Positions 61,910 to 64,000 of a stretch of 64,000 bases of DNA are shown here, one piece after another (within the stretch, counting starts at the first letter, position 1; the number at the start of each line of letters is the position of its first letter). Below the pieces are notes generated by a model. The model worked only from the letters and a program-made list of their open reading frames with translations, was not told the DNA's origin and made no database searches. The position numbers were made by a program, and so were the translations under genes. Source of the stretch: Hyphochytrium catenoides (Eukaryota > Protista > Hyphochytriomycota); the NCBI GenBank assembly GCA_900088475.1, contig FLMG01003710.1:102578-166577 (forward strand), read 5' to 3'.

Positions 61910-64000
61910 CTACGAGCCGAGAGCCCTTCTAGAGGAGTATTGTGTCCGTCCTATCATACACACGCCATAGAGCTTATCTCTTCGGGTGACCACCGGACGC
62001 CCTCTGCCACTTGCGAGTGGTCTGCTCGACTGAAACTGCAAGTCTCTGGGAGGATGAGGATGGCTTGTCACAGGAGGGTTTAGGTCTGTGGTGACGTCTG
62101 TCTTCTGTGTCCCTTCTTCACCCGGTTGGGCAGATAAGGATGTTTCTGACCGCAAAGCCGGAGGAATATTTGCGAATGGGCGCGCTGACGTTCACGTAAA
62201 TGACCACGAAAGGGTGACATGTGAGCCATGGGAGCAAAAGTTGCGGAAAGTAGTGCCAACCTTCCAGAGCTGTCTCTAGGTCGGCCTTGTTGGTTCTGAC
62301 GGCTGGTTCCTTGGCCTCCATAGCAGTCCTAAGCTTCTGGAGCTCCACGGTTAGTTCATCTCTCTCACGAGACGATTCTAACGTTGCAGCTTCTTTGGCT
62401 GCAGAGAAACGGAATGGGTGGGTATGCTCAATCCTGTATGTCCAGGCAGGAGGAGGGAGGTGCAAATGTTTCACCTTCCAGAGCTTTCTTGAGCTCTGCT
62501 CTGAGAGCTGTAACAGTTCTCTTCTCCGCGTCCAAAGCAGTCGTCAGCAAATTTAGATTTGCAAGTGCCTCATCTCTCTCACGGGATGCTTGCGACCGTG
62601 CAGCTTCTTTCTCTGCAAAGGAGAAAGGGTCGGTGCTCCCAGCAGTATGGCTAGAAGGTCGTGCTACAGACCTGCCAGTGCTTTCTGAACCGCTTCCAAC
62701 GTAGTCCTCAGCAAATTTAGATTTGCAAGTGCCTCATCTCTCTCACGGGATGCTTGCGACCGTGCAGCGTCTTTCCCTGCAAAAGAGACAGGGTCAATAC
62801 TCCAAGCAGTATGGCGGCTTCGGCTAGAAGGTCGTGACACAGACCTGCCAGCGCTTTCTGAACCTTGACATTCCTAGTTCTGATGACTGCTTTGTTTGCC
62901 TCCATCGCGGTGATGAGCTTATGCAGCTTCAGAGCTAGTCCTTCTTTCTCGGAAGACAATTTTAACAGTGCAGCTTCTTTATCTGCGGGGAAGTGACGAA
63001 ATGGTCAGCACTTGAAAGCAGTGGGTGTGTCGGGGTAGAAAAAGGGAGTAGACCTTCCAGTGCTGCTTGAAGCTTGGCCGTGTCGGCTCTGACGGCTGCT
63101 TTGTCAACCTCGACTGTGACCTCAAGTTTATGAAGCTTCAACGCTAATTGATCTCTTTCCCCAGATGTCCGCGACAGCAGGACGTCCTTGGCTCCAAGGT
63201 AAAGGAGGAGATCAGTACCCATGGTACCAGACTAGCAGGTAGCTGAAGACAGTCACCTTTCAAAGTCGTCTGGAGCTCTTCATTGGTAGCTCTGATGGCT
63301 TCCTTCTCAGTATCTGACGCAGCCTTCATTAGATGGACCTGGTTAGCGAGCTCATCTTTCTCATTAGCTATTTGCAAGAATGCAGCTTGGTTGTCTGCAT
63401 ACAGACTTGTTTAGTATGATGGAGTTCATAGCGGAGGAAGTGGTATGAACCTTCCAGAGCTTTTTGAAGTCTGGTCGCGTTAGCGCTGACGGCTGCTTTG
63501 TTGGCCTCCGTCGCGTCCATGAGCTTCTGCAACTCCAGGGCTACTTCTTCTTTCTCAGACGACAATTGTGACAGTGCATTGTCTTTGGCTGCAAAGTGTG
63601 GAGAAAAGGTAAGCACAAGCAGTGATGTGTCCAGCCAAGAAGAGAGTAGTAGAGACCTGTGAGTGCTGCATGAAGCTCCGCAGTATTGGCCTTAACTGCC
63701 GCTTTGTCAGCCTCGATTTTGGCCTCAAGCCTTTGAAGCTTCAAAGCCAATTGATCTCTTTCGCTAGATGTCTGCGAGAGCAGGGCGTCTTTGGCTGCAA
63801 AGAAATGGTGGAATGATCAGTGTCCATGCTATACGTATCTCCTTCAAGGCTTTCACCTCTCAGAGCTGTCTGGACCTCTTTGGTGGTAGCTCTGACGGTT
63901 TCTTTCTCAGTTTCCAAGGCCGCAGTCAGCAAATGGATCTGTTTAGCGAGCTTATCTTTCTCATTGGCTATTTGCAAGAATGCAGCTTGTTTGCCTGCAT
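61910..64000 (-). CDS. Long coiled-coil protein built from repeated exons; 5' part outside the window, 3' end unresolved
   Basis: Nine successive exons of consensus AKEAALxQxSxERDELAxxLxKLxxAxEAxKxAVRAxxxxLQxALE separated by ~60-70 nt phase-1 introns, followed by a Pro/Thr-rich exon (ETSLSAQPGEEG..). The end coordinate is taken from the ORF track. Confidence 0.75.
62260..64000 (-). repeat. Tandem exon+intron repeat array, ~200-bp unit with a 600-bp higher-order period
   Basis: 138-nt exons (e.g. 63191-63054); LQIANEKD recurs at 63977 and 63377; a near-identical block recurs at 62545 and 62709. Confidence 0.85.

Noticed and set aside
62260-64000. CRISPR-like or introner-type repeats
   Set aside because: The repeats are protein-coding exons, and intron similarity is explained by tandem duplication. 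I saw no shared sequence among introns of unrelated genes.

Overview
Intron-rich eukaryotic (protist-like) genomic DNA. Introns are GT-AG spliceosomal, roughly 60-450 nt. There are no operons, rRNA, tRNA, CRISPR arrays or intact transposases that I can support. I spliced the exons by eye, so all gene models are inferred. In order: a bacterial-type alpha/beta hydrolase (partial), eIF1A, a kynurenine/glutamine aminotransferase with a probable mitochondrial presequence, a CCG-less tetraspanin-like protein, a RUN-RhoGAP-ELMO-TLDc protein, SEC63, an ankyrin + 9x FN3 protein, a C2/IQ/coiled-coil protein, a doubled FGD-like DH-PH-FYVE protein, a type I membrane protein, SMARCD/BAF60, a WD40 protein, and a coiled-coil gene built from 138-nt repeat exons (partial). 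Apart from eIF1A, the 1.6-11 kb region looks like decayed genes and is locally CpG-poor. The best candidate for a little-characterised system is the RUN-RhoGAP-ELMO-TLDc protein: both GAP-type domains lack their catalytic arginine, which suggests a pseudo-GAP scaffold linking small GTPases to the V-ATPase (inference). The domain architectures resemble those of stramenopiles, but I cannot confirm the taxon.
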